A DNA stretch of 64,000 nucleotides from an uncultured Bacilli bacterium. Its GTDB lineage: Bacteria; Bacillota_I; Bacilli_A; RF39; UBA660. Position numbers and translations under genes: made by a program. The DNA is taken from assembly GCA_947591505.1 (NCBI GenBank), contig CANQDM010000001.1, positions 25,316 to 89,315 on the forward strand, given 5' to 3'. The notes under the pieces are model-generated. The model saw only the letters and a program-made list of their open reading frames with translations, ran no database searches and was not told the DNA's origin. Below are positions 50,062 through 59,831 of this stretch, piece by piece; the stretch's first letter is position 1, and each line of letters opens with the position of its first letter.

Positions 50062-50787
50062 TTACATTAAATAGGTAATTATTAATATAACCATCCCTAT
50101 AATTATACCATAAATAACTTCTTTTTTCCTTAAATACTCCTTAATTTCATTAAATAATTCAAAAATTAAAATATACAAAAGCATACCAAAAGTAAGAGAT
50201 AAGAATATATTTGTTAGCATACTACTTAAATTACCAAATATTAATATTATTAATGCTCCGATTAGAGAACTAGAACATAAAAGCATAACTAATAAAATAT
50301 TATTTTTATTTTTTGATAAAGAATTTCCTATTTGAAATCCTAGTGGTATATTATGAAGAGCAATACTAATCATCATTAAAATACCAGATTTTAAATCATT
50401 TAAAGTAATGCTATATAAAGTTAATCCTTCAATCATGTTATGAATAGCCAAAGAAATTATGGTAATCATGCCAATATGTTGTAAATGCAAATTATGATCT
50501 TTTTTATCATCATTTATATCATGATGCTCATGATGATGATGGGGAATTAATATATCTAAAATTATTAAAAGAGCAAAACCTAATATAGCAAATAATAAAG
50601 TATAAATATTAAATTCATCTAATAATTCTGGTAATAAATCAAAAAATAATAAACCAATTAACACAATAAATGCTAAAGAGGTTGTAAATAAAGACATTTT
50701 TTCTTTATTTTTTACTTTTTCAAAGAAAATAATACCAATTAGAAAAAATAAGCCAATTAAAATTGTTAAAATTATGCCATATAACAT
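50062..50787 (-). CDS. ZIP-family metal (zinc) transporter
   Basis: His-rich loop HHHHEHHD and HNxxEG motifs (IHNMIEGL, LHNIPLGF), ~8 TM, 241 aa. Confidence 0.75.
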   Translation of the reverse strand: MLYGIILTILIGLFFLIGIIFFEKVKNKEKMSLFTTSLAFIVLIGLLFFDLLPELLDEFNIYTLLFAILGFALLIILDILIPHHHHEHHDINDDKKDHNLHLQHIGMITIISLAIHNMIEGLTLYSITLNDLKSGILMMISIALHNIPLGFQIGNSLSKNKNNILLVMLLCSSSLIGALIILIFGNLSSMLTNIFLSLTFGMLLYILIFELFNEIKEYLRKKEVIYGIIIGMVILIITYLM

Positions 50788-50910
50788 AAAATCACCAATT
50801 AAATTTTATCATTAATTAGTATTAATTAAAAGATATAAAAGTTCGTTATTATTTACATCCTACATATAATAATGTATAATAAGGATACTTAAAGAAAGGA
50901 GGAAAAAACA

Positions 50911-52059
50911 ATGAAAAAATTAGCGATTAAAGCTATTTCTGGTTTATTTTTAGCTACTGGAGTTGTTACTGCTGGTATTTATGGTATTTCTAAAATAGAT
51001 AATAAAAGTTTATCTTATGAAGTAAATAGTAAAGAGGCTTTAAAATATAATCAAAATAATATTGTTGAAAATAATTTAGAAACTGAAACAAAAAATAATG
51101 TTACTGAAACTAAAGCTGCAGAAGAAAAAGTAGAAACAGCAATTCAAGAATATGAAAAAGCAGTTGAAGCTAAAAAAGCTTGTGAAGAAGAATTAAAAAA
51201 TGTTACAAATGCTGAAGATAAAGCCAAATTTGAAGAAAAATTAAAAGTTTTAGAAGAAAAAGTTAAAAAAACTGAAACTGTAAAGAAAGAAGCAGAAAAA
51301 ACTTTAGAGGAAGTTAAAAATGTTGAAGAAACTGAAGAAGTAAAAGAAAATAATAGCAATAAGACTTCTAATAATACAACTACTATAGAAATTCCTAGTC
51401 AAAATACAAATGATTTAGAAACAGTTCAAACTGCCGTAGAAAAAACAATAAATGCTAAAAATATGACAGTTAATAACAATATTGAAAAATCAACTAGAAA
51501 ATTTGATAAAACAACAGGAAACGAATATGCTGAATATCGTAAAAGTTTTAGTATTACAGAAAAAGCTGGTACTCTATACTCATATAAAATGAATAGTACT
51601 AAAACTATTTCTTTATTTAAAGAAAGTGGTACTAGTGAATGGAAAATGGTATTTAGTGGTAAAAGATCTCTAGGAGTTATTGAATTAGAATTACTTAAAA
51701 ACATTAAAAGTGTAGAAAAAAATAATGATGTTTATAACGTAACTATTTCACACAAAAATGCTAAAACGTGGTTATCTACTTATTATGGAAAATCATTATC
51801 TAAAACTAATGATATAACTATAGCTGTTAAAATTAATAATGGTTATGTACAATCTATAGAAGGTAATGTTGATATTGAAATTGATTTAGATTTAAGCAAT
51901 ATCAATTCTACTAATATCCCAACTAGAAATAGTATTGGCATTGATGATAGTACAATCGAAGCATTAGAGACTGAATATCAAGCAAAGAAAGATTGTGAAC
52001 GTGAAAATGATTATTGGGTTTGTGGCCCTCATAAACATGTAAATCAATATAATTTCTAA
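50911..52059 (+). CDS. secreted coiled-coil protein (hypothetical), signal peptide
   Basis: RBS AAGGAGG. Signal peptide, K/E-rich heptad region, then a Ser/Thr/Asn-rich C-terminal half. Confidence 0.55.
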   Translation: MKKLAIKAISGLFLATGVVTAGIYGISKIDNKSLSYEVNSKEALKYNQNNIVENNLETETKNNVTETKAAEEKVETAIQEYEKAVEAKKACEEELKNVTNAEDKAKFEEKLKVLEEKVKKTETVKKEAEKTLEEVKNVEETEEVKENNSNKTSNNTTTIEIPSQNTNDLETVQTAVEKTINAKNMTVNNNIEKSTRKFDKTTGNEYAEYRKSFSITEKAGTLYSYKMNSTKTISLFKESGTSEWKMVFSGKRSLGVIELELLKNIKSVEKNNDVYNVTISHKNAKTWLSTYYGKSLSKTNDITIAVKINNGYVQSIEGNVDIEIDLDLSNINSTNIPTRNSIGIDDSTIEALETEYQAKKDCERENDYWVCGPHKHVNQYNF

Positions 52060-52075
52060 ATGAATATAACAAATT

Positions 52076-52108
52076 AAAAATCCACCCCTAAAAGAGGTGG
52101 ATTTTCTC
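52076..52108 (+). terminator. Rho-independent terminator (TCCACC-loop-GGTGGA plus T-tract)
   Basis: Hairpin 52081-52101 followed by TTTTC, 20 nt after the stop of the 50911..52059 gene. Confidence 0.6.
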
Positions 52109-52109
52109 A

Positions 52110-52850
52110 ATGGCCTATAAGGCCTGTTACTGGCTGCCACCATTTGGTGGCTTTTTTAGTCTGCCAATCGCCTTTGTCACTCTTACTTACCCGTAAACGG
52201 GTCTTTATATTCCTTCAGACTTCTCTTGTCTTGCAATCTGTCTTCTTCCTCTTGGTTTTGAATATATTTCTTTATTGTTGCTTTATTTAATCCTACTGTA
52301 CTCACATAATATCCTTCTGACCAAAAATGTCTATTTCCATAGTTGTATTTCAAATTTGCATGCTCTTCAAATATCATCAAACTACTTTTTCCCTTTAAAT
52401 ATCCCATAAATGATGATACACTTATTTTTGGTGGTATCTTCACCAACATGTGGATATGATCTGAACATGCATTTGCTTCGACTATCTCTACTCCTTTATA
52501 TTCACATAATCGTCTTAAATATCGTCCTATATCTCTCCTTAATTTTCCATATATTGCTTTTCTTCTATATTTTGGCGAAAATATGATATGATATGAACAA
52601 TTCCATTTTGTATGTGACAACGTACTTTCTTCATCATTTCTCCTCATCTTCATTAAAATATCACTCCTTCTGATTTTTGGCTTGGTTGGCAGACCTAAGT
52701 CTATTATATCAGAAGGAGTGATATTTTTTTCTCATCGCTATCGCTTCTTCATGTCTCACCCGCATAGCGGGTGGATTTATTCCACGACCTTTCTGGTCGT
52801 GGCAATTCTGATGAATTGCTTATTAAAAAAAGATGGCGCCAAACCATCTT
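52110..52850 (-). mobile_element. IS200/IS605-family element (TnpA only), approximate boundaries, with subterminal hairpins
   Basis: Y1 HUH transposase ORF plus flanking GC-rich hairpins (GCCACC-ATTT-GGTGGC at 52136-52151, CCACGACC-TTTC-TGGTCGTGG at 52785-52805, CACCCGC-ATAGC-GGGTGG). No IR/TSD is expected for this family. Confidence 0.55.
52183..52653 (-). CDS. tnpA: IS200/IS605 family transposase TnpA (HUH Y1)
   Basis: 156 aa; HIHMLVKIPPK (HxH) and SEGYYVSTVG (catalytic Tyr region). Confidence 0.9.
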   Translation of the reverse strand: MKMRRNDEESTLSHTKWNCSYHIIFSPKYRRKAIYGKLRRDIGRYLRRLCEYKGVEIVEANACSDHIHMLVKIPPKISVSSFMGYLKGKSSLMIFEEHANLKYNYGNRHFWSEGYYVSTVGLNKATIKKYIQNQEEEDRLQDKRSLKEYKDPFTGK

Positions 52851-52851
52851 T
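52825..52851 (-). terminator. bidirectional hairpin terminator (AAAGATGG-loop-CCATCTTT flanked by A/T runs) directly after the stop of the giant repeat protein gene
   Basis: Inverted repeat with U-tracts on both strands. Confidence 0.5.
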
Positions 52852-55518
52852 TTATTTACTTCTAATGCATCCTTTGGATTGAAATATAAGTTCTCCTTCT
52901 ACTCTTTTATTAACATTATTTATTTGGTCATAATCACGATAATTTCTAAATATTAATGATATATCCCAACGGTGTTCAGACATAGTATTTGTAGATGCAT
53001 CATTAGAAATTGTAACTTCACCAATTTTATAATCTTTTCCTTTAATATTTACTAAATCAATATTATAAGGTTGTAAATTATTCGTATCACTACTACCTTC
53101 TAATCTTAATATAAGTTGTTCATTTAAATCATATAATTTACCATTCTTAGTATATTTATTTGTAAAGGTATTCTTTTGAGTTTTAAAGATAATATCATAG
53201 GTACATGTTGTAATATCCTCATAAGATTTCAAATAAACAGTCGAATATGCTTTATCACTTGAAATTTCTATATAATTAGCCATACTTGCTGAAGGTTTAT
53301 GCATTTGCTCAGCAGTAACAGATAAGTTAATATCTTTAGGCTCCATTATTGTAAATAATGCATTTGGTTCATCATCTTCATCATCACAATATTTATCGCA
53401 TATACCATCACCATTAGTATCACAGTACTTATCACATTTATCGTCATCATTATTATCACAGTTTAAATCGCACTTACCATCTTTATTGGTATCACAGTTT
53501 AAATCACATTTGCCATCTTTATTGGTGTCACAATTTAAATCACATTTGTCATCTTTATTGGTATCACAGTTTAAGTCACATTTTCCATCTTTATCGGTAT
53601 CACAGTTTAAGTCACATTTACCATCTTTGTCATTATCACAATTGTAATCGCATTTGCCATCTTTATTGGTATCGCAATTTAAATCACATTTGCCATCTTT
53701 ATTGGTGTCACAATTTAAATCACATTTGCCATCTTTATCATTATCACAATTATAATCACATACATGGTCTTTATTTATATCACAATTGTAATCACATCGG
53801 CCATCTTTATCATTATCACAGTTGTAATCACATTTATCATCACCATCGGTATCACAATTCCAATCGCATTTACTGTCCTTATCGGTATCACAATTATAAT
53901 CGCATTTTCCATCTTTATTAGAATCACAATTTAAATCGCATTTTCCATCCCTATTGGTATCACAGTTTAAATCGCATTTTCCATCACCATCGGTATCACA
54001 ATTAATTGGACAAGTAAATTCACAATAGGTGTCACATTTTCCATCACCATCATCATCACAGAACAAATCACAAACTTTATCATTATTCGTGTCACAATTT
54101 AAATCACATTTACCATCTTTATCGGTATCACAATTTAAATCACATTTATTATCGCCATTTGTATCAATATTTAAATCAGGATCTTTATCACCATCGACAT
54201 CTATATTAATGTCAGGGTATCCATCTTTATCAATATCACAATTTAAGTCGCATTTTCCATCACCATCGGTATCTTGATTCATTGGATTTCGATCAGGATT
54301 ACCATCCGTTTCAGCCTCTACATCTGGTTTTTTATCACGGTTAGTATCAATTTCAATATTCTCTTCAACATGAGTATCACAATTGACATCACATTTACCA
54401 TCTTTATCAATATCAAGGTTAGTATCTGGTACACCATTACCATCGGTATCAATATTTAAATCAGGTTTCATATTATCATTAGTATCAATATTAACATCTG
54501 GTTTACCATCACCATTAATATCAACATTAACATCTGGATAGCCATCTTTATTAACATCACAGTTTAAATCGCATTTTCCATCGTTATCTAAATCTTGATT
54601 AGTTGAATTTTGATTTGGCTTACCATCAGTTTCAGCTTCAATATCTGGATCTTTATCTCGATCAGTATCAACCCACATATTTTTTTCAACATGAGTATCA
54701 CAATTGATATCGCATTTTCCATCTTTATCAAAATCTATATTAGTATCTGGTACACCATTACCATCAGTATCAATATTTATATCTGGTTTCTTGTTATCGT
54801 TAGTATCAATATTAACATCTGGTTTACCATCACCATCTATATCGATATTATAATCTGGATAATGGTCATCATTAATATCACAGTTTAAATCGCATTTACC
54901 ATCGTTATCTAAATCTTGATTAAGTAAATTTCGATCTGGATGATTATCAGTTTCGGCATCCACATCAGGATCTTTATCGCCATCAGTATCAATTGGTGTT
55001 TTTTTATCAACATCATCATCAATATTTATATCGGGTTCATTATCACCATTTATATCGATATTGACGTCTGGTTTACCATCGCCATCGGTATCAATGTTTA
55101 AATCTGGCATTTCATTATCATTTGCATCAATATTTATATCTGGTTTACCATCACCATCTAAATCAATATTATAATCTGGATGATTATCACCATCAACATC
55201 ACAATTTAAATCACACTTACCATCGCCATCTAAATCTTGATTAATAAAGTTTTTATCTGGTTTACCATCGTTATCTACATCAATATTAAAAAATGCTTTA
55301 TTTTTAATATTACCATAAGTAATATTAATGTCTGGTAAACCATCACCATCGGTATCACGATTTAACAAAACATTACCGCTACCACCAAAATTACTACCGC
55401 CAAAAAATTCAAGAGTAAAAGTAGTAATAATTAAAATCAAACACAAAATCATTATAATCATCATTATAACTAGTGCCATTAATTTTTTCTTCTTTAATTC
55501 ATCATCTTGAACAAACAT
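52852..55518 (-). CDS. 888-aa secreted/anchored Asp-rich calcium-binding repeat protein: thrombospondin type-3-like repeats, then ~25 Cys-containing 12-residue repeats (CDxNCDxxKDGK), then a unique ~200-aa C-terminal domain
   Basis: Start reassigned to the ATG at 55518 (RBS AGGGGG 9 nt upstream). The ORF-track start at 55596 would overlap the upstream gene. N-terminal TM LMALVIMMIIMILCLILIITTF. First half repeats DxDGDGKPDxNID. Second half is near-perfect CDLNCDTNKDGK units. Confidence 0.8.
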   Translation of the reverse strand: MFVQDDELKKKKLMALVIMMIIMILCLILIITTFTLEFFGGSNFGGSGNVLLNRDTDGDGLPDINITYGNIKNKAFFNIDVDNDGKPDKNFINQDLDGDGKCDLNCDVDGDNHPDYNIDLDGDGKPDINIDANDNEMPDLNIDTDGDGKPDVNIDINGDNEPDINIDDDVDKKTPIDTDGDKDPDVDAETDNHPDRNLLNQDLDNDGKCDLNCDINDDHYPDYNIDIDGDGKPDVNIDTNDNKKPDINIDTDGNGVPDTNIDFDKDGKCDINCDTHVEKNMWVDTDRDKDPDIEAETDGKPNQNSTNQDLDNDGKCDLNCDVNKDGYPDVNVDINGDGKPDVNIDTNDNMKPDLNIDTDGNGVPDTNLDIDKDGKCDVNCDTHVEENIEIDTNRDKKPDVEAETDGNPDRNPMNQDTDGDGKCDLNCDIDKDGYPDINIDVDGDKDPDLNIDTNGDNKCDLNCDTDKDGKCDLNCDTNNDKVCDLFCDDDGDGKCDTYCEFTCPINCDTDGDGKCDLNCDTNRDGKCDLNCDSNKDGKCDYNCDTDKDSKCDWNCDTDGDDKCDYNCDNDKDGRCDYNCDINKDHVCDYNCDNDKDGKCDLNCDTNKDGKCDLNCDTNKDGKCDYNCDNDKDGKCDLNCDTDKDGKCDLNCDTNKDDKCDLNCDTNKDGKCDLNCDTNKDGKCDLNCDNNDDDKCDKYCDTNGDGICDKYCDDEDDEPNALFTIMEPKDINLSVTAEQMHKPSASMANYIEISSDKAYSTVYLKSYEDITTCTYDIIFKTQKNTFTNKYTKNGKLYDLNEQLILRLEGSSDTNNLQPYNIDLVNIKGKDYKIGEVTISNDASTNTMSEHRWDISLIFRNYRDYDQINNVNKRVEGELIFQSKGCIRSK
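53390..54100. repeat. tandem 36-bp coding repeat array (near-identical units, e.g. gtcacaatttaaatcacatttgccatctttattggt), part of a larger degenerate repeat region extending to ~55300
   Basis: Many consecutive 36-bp units with 0-4 mismatches are visible directly in the sequence between ~53440 and ~53800. Confidence 0.8.
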
Positions 55519-55531
55519 AAAACACTGCCCC

Positions 55532-56245
55532 CTAACCTTCATTATTAATTTGAATTTGTTGCTCATTTTGACCTTCAACAGGCATACTTTGAACATTCAA
55601 TTTCAAATACATTAACTTTCCTATTTCCGTTGCTGGTGTGGTATCAGCTAACCAAACATAAACTTTTAAGACTCTTGTTGTAGGCTCAGTTCCTGATTCA
55701 TTTATTGTTGCTTTATTTATTCGACTTTTTAAAATAGGATAAACATCTTGCCCACTAGAAACAAATTGCGTAATTTTCATATTATATGCTGGCTCTCCTG
55801 TTTCATCAGGATTTAAATTTAACCATCCTGAATTATCTAGGCTTTCTTCATAAATGCCAATGATTAAATTATCAAAAGAAACTAATCCTACATCTTTACT
55901 TTCGGGAGGAATATTATCTTCATCATAACTTATTGAAACAATAAAATTAGCATCTATATTGCCATTATTGGAAATAGTTAACGTAGCACAATCTTTTTCC
56001 TCATTATTTAAAATAGATTCAGGGGATGTTGGTAATGTTTCTTCTGTAGGGAAAACTTCAGTCTTGGCCATTGATGTAGCAGATGCTGAAACATTTAAAG
56101 TTCCTGTTGATATTGCTTGAACTGTTGACTTTGATTCAATCGAAAAAAATGCTGAATATGAGTAACTCAACGAAATAATTGTAAGTACGAGAACAGATAA
56201 TATAATAAATTTTGTATTACGTTTTACCTTTTTATCCGACTTCAC
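55532..56245 (-). CDS. TasA/CalY/camelysin-family protein (peptidase M73-like) with SipW-cognate-type signal peptide
   Basis: GTG start with RBS AAGGTGA. The N-terminus KFIILSVLVLTIISLSYSYSAFFSIESKSTVQAISTGTLNV matches the TasA-type pattern (h-region, AFF(S/N)D, xSGTLxL). 237 aa. Confidence 0.65.
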   Translation of the reverse strand: MKSDKKVKRNTKFIILSVLVLTIISLSYSYSAFFSIESKSTVQAISTGTLNVSASATSMAKTEVFPTEETLPTSPESILNNEEKDCATLTISNNGNIDANFIVSISYDEDNIPPESKDVGLVSFDNLIIGIYEESLDNSGWLNLNPDETGEPAYNMKITQFVSSGQDVYPILKSRINKATINESGTEPTTRVLKVYVWLADTTPATEIGKLMYLKLNVQSMPVEGQNEQQIQINNEG

Positions 56246-56375
56246 TATTATTCACCTTATTTTAATATTAACACATTATCTTAAATCAAACAACATTAAA
56301 TTTAAATTTTGTAACAATTTATTTGATTTTAACCTTTCGTAATGCTATAATTATTTAGTTTGTAGGTGATTTTGT

Positions 56376-58184
56376 ATGGAAATTAGAAATGTTGCAATTA
56401 TTGCCCATGTTGACCATGGTAAAACGGCATTAGTTGATGAAATATTAAAATATGTTGGTACATTTAGAGAAAATCAAGATGCTGCTAATTTTTCAATGGA
56501 TTCTAATCAAATTGAAAAGGAACGTGGTATCACTATTTTAGCTAAAACCACATCTATTATATATAATAATGTTAAGATTAATATCTTGGATACCCCAGGA
56601 CATGCTGACTTTGGCGGCGAAGTTGAGCGTATTATGAAAATGGTTGATGGTGTTATTCTTGTTGTTGATGCTTATGAAGGGCCAATGCCTCAAACAAGAT
56701 TTGTGTTAAAGAAAGCTATTGAAGCCGGCGTTAAACCTATTGTTGTTATTAATAAAGTTGATAAACCAACAGCAAGAATTAAAGATGTTAATGATGAAGT
56801 ATTAGGATTATTCCTAGATTTAGGTGCTTCAGATGAACAATTAGATTTCAAAGTTGCTTATGCATCAGCTCTAAATGGTACATCAAGTTTAGATCCAGAT
56901 ATTAATACGCAAGAAAAATCATTTAAATGTATTCTTGATTTAATAGTAAATGAAATAAAAGCTCCAGAAGGTGATGTTAATAAAGCATTCCAATTTCAAC
57001 CAGCTCTTTTAGATTACAATGATTATGTTGGTCGTATTGCCATAGGTCGCATTTTCAATGGTAAAGTTAAAGTTGGCCAAATGGTTAACTGTTTAAGACT
57101 TGATGGCACAGAAAAACAATTTAGAGTCCAAAAATTATTTGGGTTTACTGCTCTATCTAAAGTTGAAGTTGAAGAAGTTACTGCAGGTGATATTTGTGCT
57201 ATTGCGGGTCTTGAAGATATTTCTGTTGGTGAAACTTTAACAGAAGTTGGCAATCATGAAAGACTTCCTATAATTCATATTGATGAGCCAACCTTGCAAA
57301 TGACTTTTGGGGTAAATACTTCCCCATTCTCTGGTAATGATGGTAAACTTCTTACATCAAGAAAAATTGAAGAAAGACTAATGAAAGAAACACAAAAAGA
57401 TGTTTCCTTAAAAGTTGAACAATTAGATTCGGAAAATTTCTTAGTATCTGGTCGTGGTGAGCTTCATCTATCTATATTAATTGAAAATATGCGCAGGGAA
57501 GGATTTGAATTACAAGTATCTAAACCTAAAGTTATTTTAAAAGAAATTGATGGTAAAATTTGTGAACCATATGAAGAATTACAAATTGAAGTTGATGATG
57601 AATATATGGGCGGCGTTATTGAAGAATTAAGCTCTCGTGGTGCTGTAATGAATGATATGAATCATATAGGTTCTCTAACTAGAATTAATTACACTATTCC
57701 ATCTCGTGGTTTAATTGGTTTTGCGACTAACTTTATGACTCTTACTAAAGGATATGGTATTATGAATCATACTTTTAAAGAATATGGTCCAAAAGCTAGT
57801 GTTGAACTTGGCGAAAGAAAATTAGGTGTTCTTGTATCTAGTGAAACTGGTAAATCAACTGCCTATGGTATTGGTCAACTTGAAGATCGTGGTGTTATGT
57901 TTATTGAACCAAATACTGAAGTTTATGAAGGCATGATTGTTGGTGAATGTAATCGTGATAATGACCTTGCAATCAATGTTGTTAAAGGTAAAGAGCTTAC
58001 TAATACCAGAGCTGCTTTCTCTGATAAAACTGTTGTCTTAAAAAGACCTAGACCTATTACCCTAGAATATGCGCTAGATTATATTAACCAAGATGAACTA
58101 GTTGAAGTTACTCCAAACTTTATAAGACTTAGAAAAGTTATACTTAATACTGAACTTAGAAAAAAAGCTGATGCTAAAAAATAG
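56376..58184 (+). CDS. typA: translational GTPase TypA/BipA
   Basis: [38 protein letters not shown] and NKVDKP G-motifs; 602 aa. Confidence 0.95.
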   Translation: MEIRNVAIIAHVDHGKTALVDEILKYVGTFRENQDAANFSMDSNQIEKERGITILAKTTSIIYNNVKINILDTPGHADFGGEVERIMKMVDGVILVVDAYEGPMPQTRFVLKKAIEAGVKPIVVINKVDKPTARIKDVNDEVLGLFLDLGASDEQLDFKVAYASALNGTSSLDPDINTQEKSFKCILDLIVNEIKAPEGDVNKAFQFQPALLDYNDYVGRIAIGRIFNGKVKVGQMVNCLRLDGTEKQFRVQKLFGFTALSKVEVEEVTAGDICAIAGLEDISVGETLTEVGNHERLPIIHIDEPTLQMTFGVNTSPFSGNDGKLLTSRKIEERLMKETQKDVSLKVEQLDSENFLVSGRGELHLSILIENMRREGFELQVSKPKVILKEIDGKICEPYEELQIEVDDEYMGGVIEELSSRGAVMNDMNHIGSLTRINYTIPSRGLIGFATNFMTLTKGYGIMNHTFKEYGPKASVELGERKLGVLVSSETGKSTAYGIGQLEDRGVMFIEPNTEVYEGMIVGECNRDNDLAINVVKGKELTNTRAAFSDKTVVLKRPRPITLEYALDYINQDELVEVTPNFIRLRKVILNTELRKKADAKK

Positions 58185-58208
58185 TATCAGTTTTTCATTT
58201 TTATAATA

Positions 58209-59258
58209 TTATACCACTGGATCTTGAATTTGATTATTTCCTAGTTTATTAGTCTCCTTTATATTAATAAGTTCAGATTTCTCAAAAATAGATGCAATAG
58301 AATCTTCATCAATATTATATAAACTATTTTGAAATGTAAATTCATATAAATGATTTAGTAATAACTTTTCGGGCGTTTTAATCATAACTGTTTTTTTATC
58401 TGTTTGATATAAAGACAATGTAACATAATAAATATTTTCTTCTTCGCCTTGCATTAAATCTTCCACCATATAAGTTTTAGTAAAACTTTTCTTATTAGAA
58501 ATATTACCACATACACCATTATTATAAGATTTTGAAGTTGCCATATCATTTGGACCGATATAGATATCATTATTATCATCTAAAGTATGGCATTTAATAA
58601 TAGTTATTTCATTATTACGATACTCAGTTGTGCCACCGTCCCACAAAACGTATTTATTAACATTATTCATTTTGCTAATTATTTTATCTAAACCATCATC
58701 AATGTTCTTACCGGATTTTTTAATATAATTTTTTAAATTTATATTATCATTAATAGATAAATCATCTAAACAATAATAATAAATTGTTTTATCTTTACTT
58801 GTATAATATTTAGTAATTTTCCCCGTACAATTTGGTGTTATTTTAGTATTAAAATGTACTTTGTCGTTATAAAGTTTAATATTTTTTCCATAATAATAAC
58901 CACCTAAAAATAATAAAGTTAAAATAATAGAAATACCAATAATAATTATTATAATACTTAATATTTTTTGCTTTGTTTCATATTTTTTAAATAAACCAAA
59001 TATATTAAAAAAGTTCTCTTCGGCATTTTTCGAATAATCTTTATTTTTTATCTTTTCACCACTTAATAATTCATTAACGTTAATATCTAATATTTCACAA
59101 ATTGGTTTTAAAAGTGCCATATCCATAAGACATATCCCTCGTTCCCATTTTGATACAGCATTTATACTTACACCAAGTTTATTTGAAAGATCTTCTTGAG
59201 TTAATTTTTTATCTTTACGACATTCTGAAATAAATTTACCAATACGCTCTTGATTCAT
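58209..59258 (-). CDS. XRE-family HTH transcriptional regulator with a single TM helix and extracytoplasmic C-terminal domain
   Basis: HTH LTQEDLSNKLGVSINAVSKWERG, TM ILSIIIIIIGISIILTLLFLGG, ~200-aa C-terminal domain. Confidence 0.7.
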   Translation of the reverse strand: MNQERIGKFISECRKDKKLTQEDLSNKLGVSINAVSKWERGICLMDMALLKPICEILDINVNELLSGEKIKNKDYSKNAEENFFNIFGLFKKYETKQKILSIIIIIIGISIILTLLFLGGYYYGKNIKLYNDKVHFNTKITPNCTGKITKYYTSKDKTIYYYCLDDLSINDNINLKNYIKKSGKNIDDGLDKIISKMNNVNKYVLWDGGTTEYRNNEITIIKCHTLDDNNDIYIGPNDMATSKSYNNGVCGNISNKKSFTKTYMVEDLMQGEEENIYYVTLSLYQTDKKTVMIKTPEKLLLNHLYEFTFQNSLYNIDEDSIASIFEKSELINIKETNKLGNNQIQDPVV

Positions 59259-59354
59259 ATCATCACCTCTTATTTAAAAGATAACACTTTTTTTATGCAT
59301 TTAACACACACCTATGGTTGAATTAAAAAAAGTCTTTAAAAGACTTAATAACTA

Positions 59355-59431
59355 TGGTAACCCGTACGGGGTTCGAACCCGTGAATGCTGCGCTGAGAAC
59401 GCAGTGTGTTAAGCCACTTCACCAACGGGCT
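59355..59431 (-). tRNA. tRNA-Glu, anticodon CUC
   Basis: Minus-strand sequence AGCCCGTTGGTGAAGTGGCTTAACACACTGCGTTCTCAGCGCAGCATTCACGGGTTCGAACCCCGTACGGGTTACCA. The 7-bp acceptor includes G2-U71. T-arm ACGGG/TTCGAAC/CCCGT. Anticodon stem CTGCG/CGCAG with loop TTCTCAG, so anticodon CTC. The acceptor and T-arm closely resemble Bacillus tRNA-Glu. A CCA end is encoded. Confidence 0.75.
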
Positions 59432-59496
59432 AAAAATGACTAAATTAATATTAACATAAACTACTCATTTAAGCAAATATTTCTTTAATTTTTTTG

Positions 59497-59525
59497 TTGA
59501 TTAGCGAACATATATTTGATATAAT
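59497..59525 (+). promoter_or_regulatory. strong sigma-A-type promoter (-35 TTGATT, 17 nt, extended -10 TGaTATAAT)
   Basis: Consensus-like hexamers with a TG extension, 60 nt upstream of a small ORF. Confidence 0.5.
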
Positions 59526-59585
59526 TATTATGGAACACTTGGTAGTTGGGTGATGCCAAACTTCAAATTGAAGGGAGGCGGTAAA

Positions 59586-59669
59586 ATGAGTAAAAAAGAT
59601 TTTTTAATCGCAACTTTATTCATTCTTATTTTCTTATTAGTGTTATTACTATTTATAGTTTTAATATGA
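59586..59669 (+). CDS. 27-aa hydrophobic peptide (MSKKDFLIATLFILIFLLVLLLFIVLI), candidate small membrane protein/type-I-toxin-like
   Basis: RBS AAGGGAGG 7 nt upstream, own promoter, followed by two hairpins (59676-59702 and 59721-59747 plus T6). Confidence 0.4.
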   Translation: MSKKDFLIATLFILIFLLVLLLFIVLI

Positions 59670-59719
59670 AAAGAGTCACCTAACTCAGCAATGAATTAGG
59701 TGAACCATATTTATTGGCA

Positions 59720-59757
59720 ACACTCAACACGTTCAAACTGAGTGTTCCTTTTTTATT
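59720..59757 (+). terminator. Rho-independent terminator (ACACTCA-12 nt loop-TGAGTGT plus TCCTTTTTT)
   Basis: Inverted repeat followed by a T-tract downstream of the small ORF. Confidence 0.55.
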
Positions 59758-59831
59758 TTATGCAAATTGCTTTGCTATATTCATTTTAACACAAATGCTT
59801 ATCAATTACAAGATTGCAAACATTTTCTTAT

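Noticed and set aside
52682-52956. ORFs 52682..52882 and 52771..52956 on the plus strand
   Set aside because: They overlap the hairpin-rich end of the IS200 element and the 3' end and terminator of the giant repeat-protein gene. The translated sequences are not protein-like.
55519-55596. ORF-track start at 55596 for the giant repeat protein
   Set aside because: It would overlap the C-terminus of the upstream TasA-like gene by 65 nt and has no RBS. The ATG at 55518 has an AGGGGG RBS 9 nt upstream and immediately precedes the TM segment.
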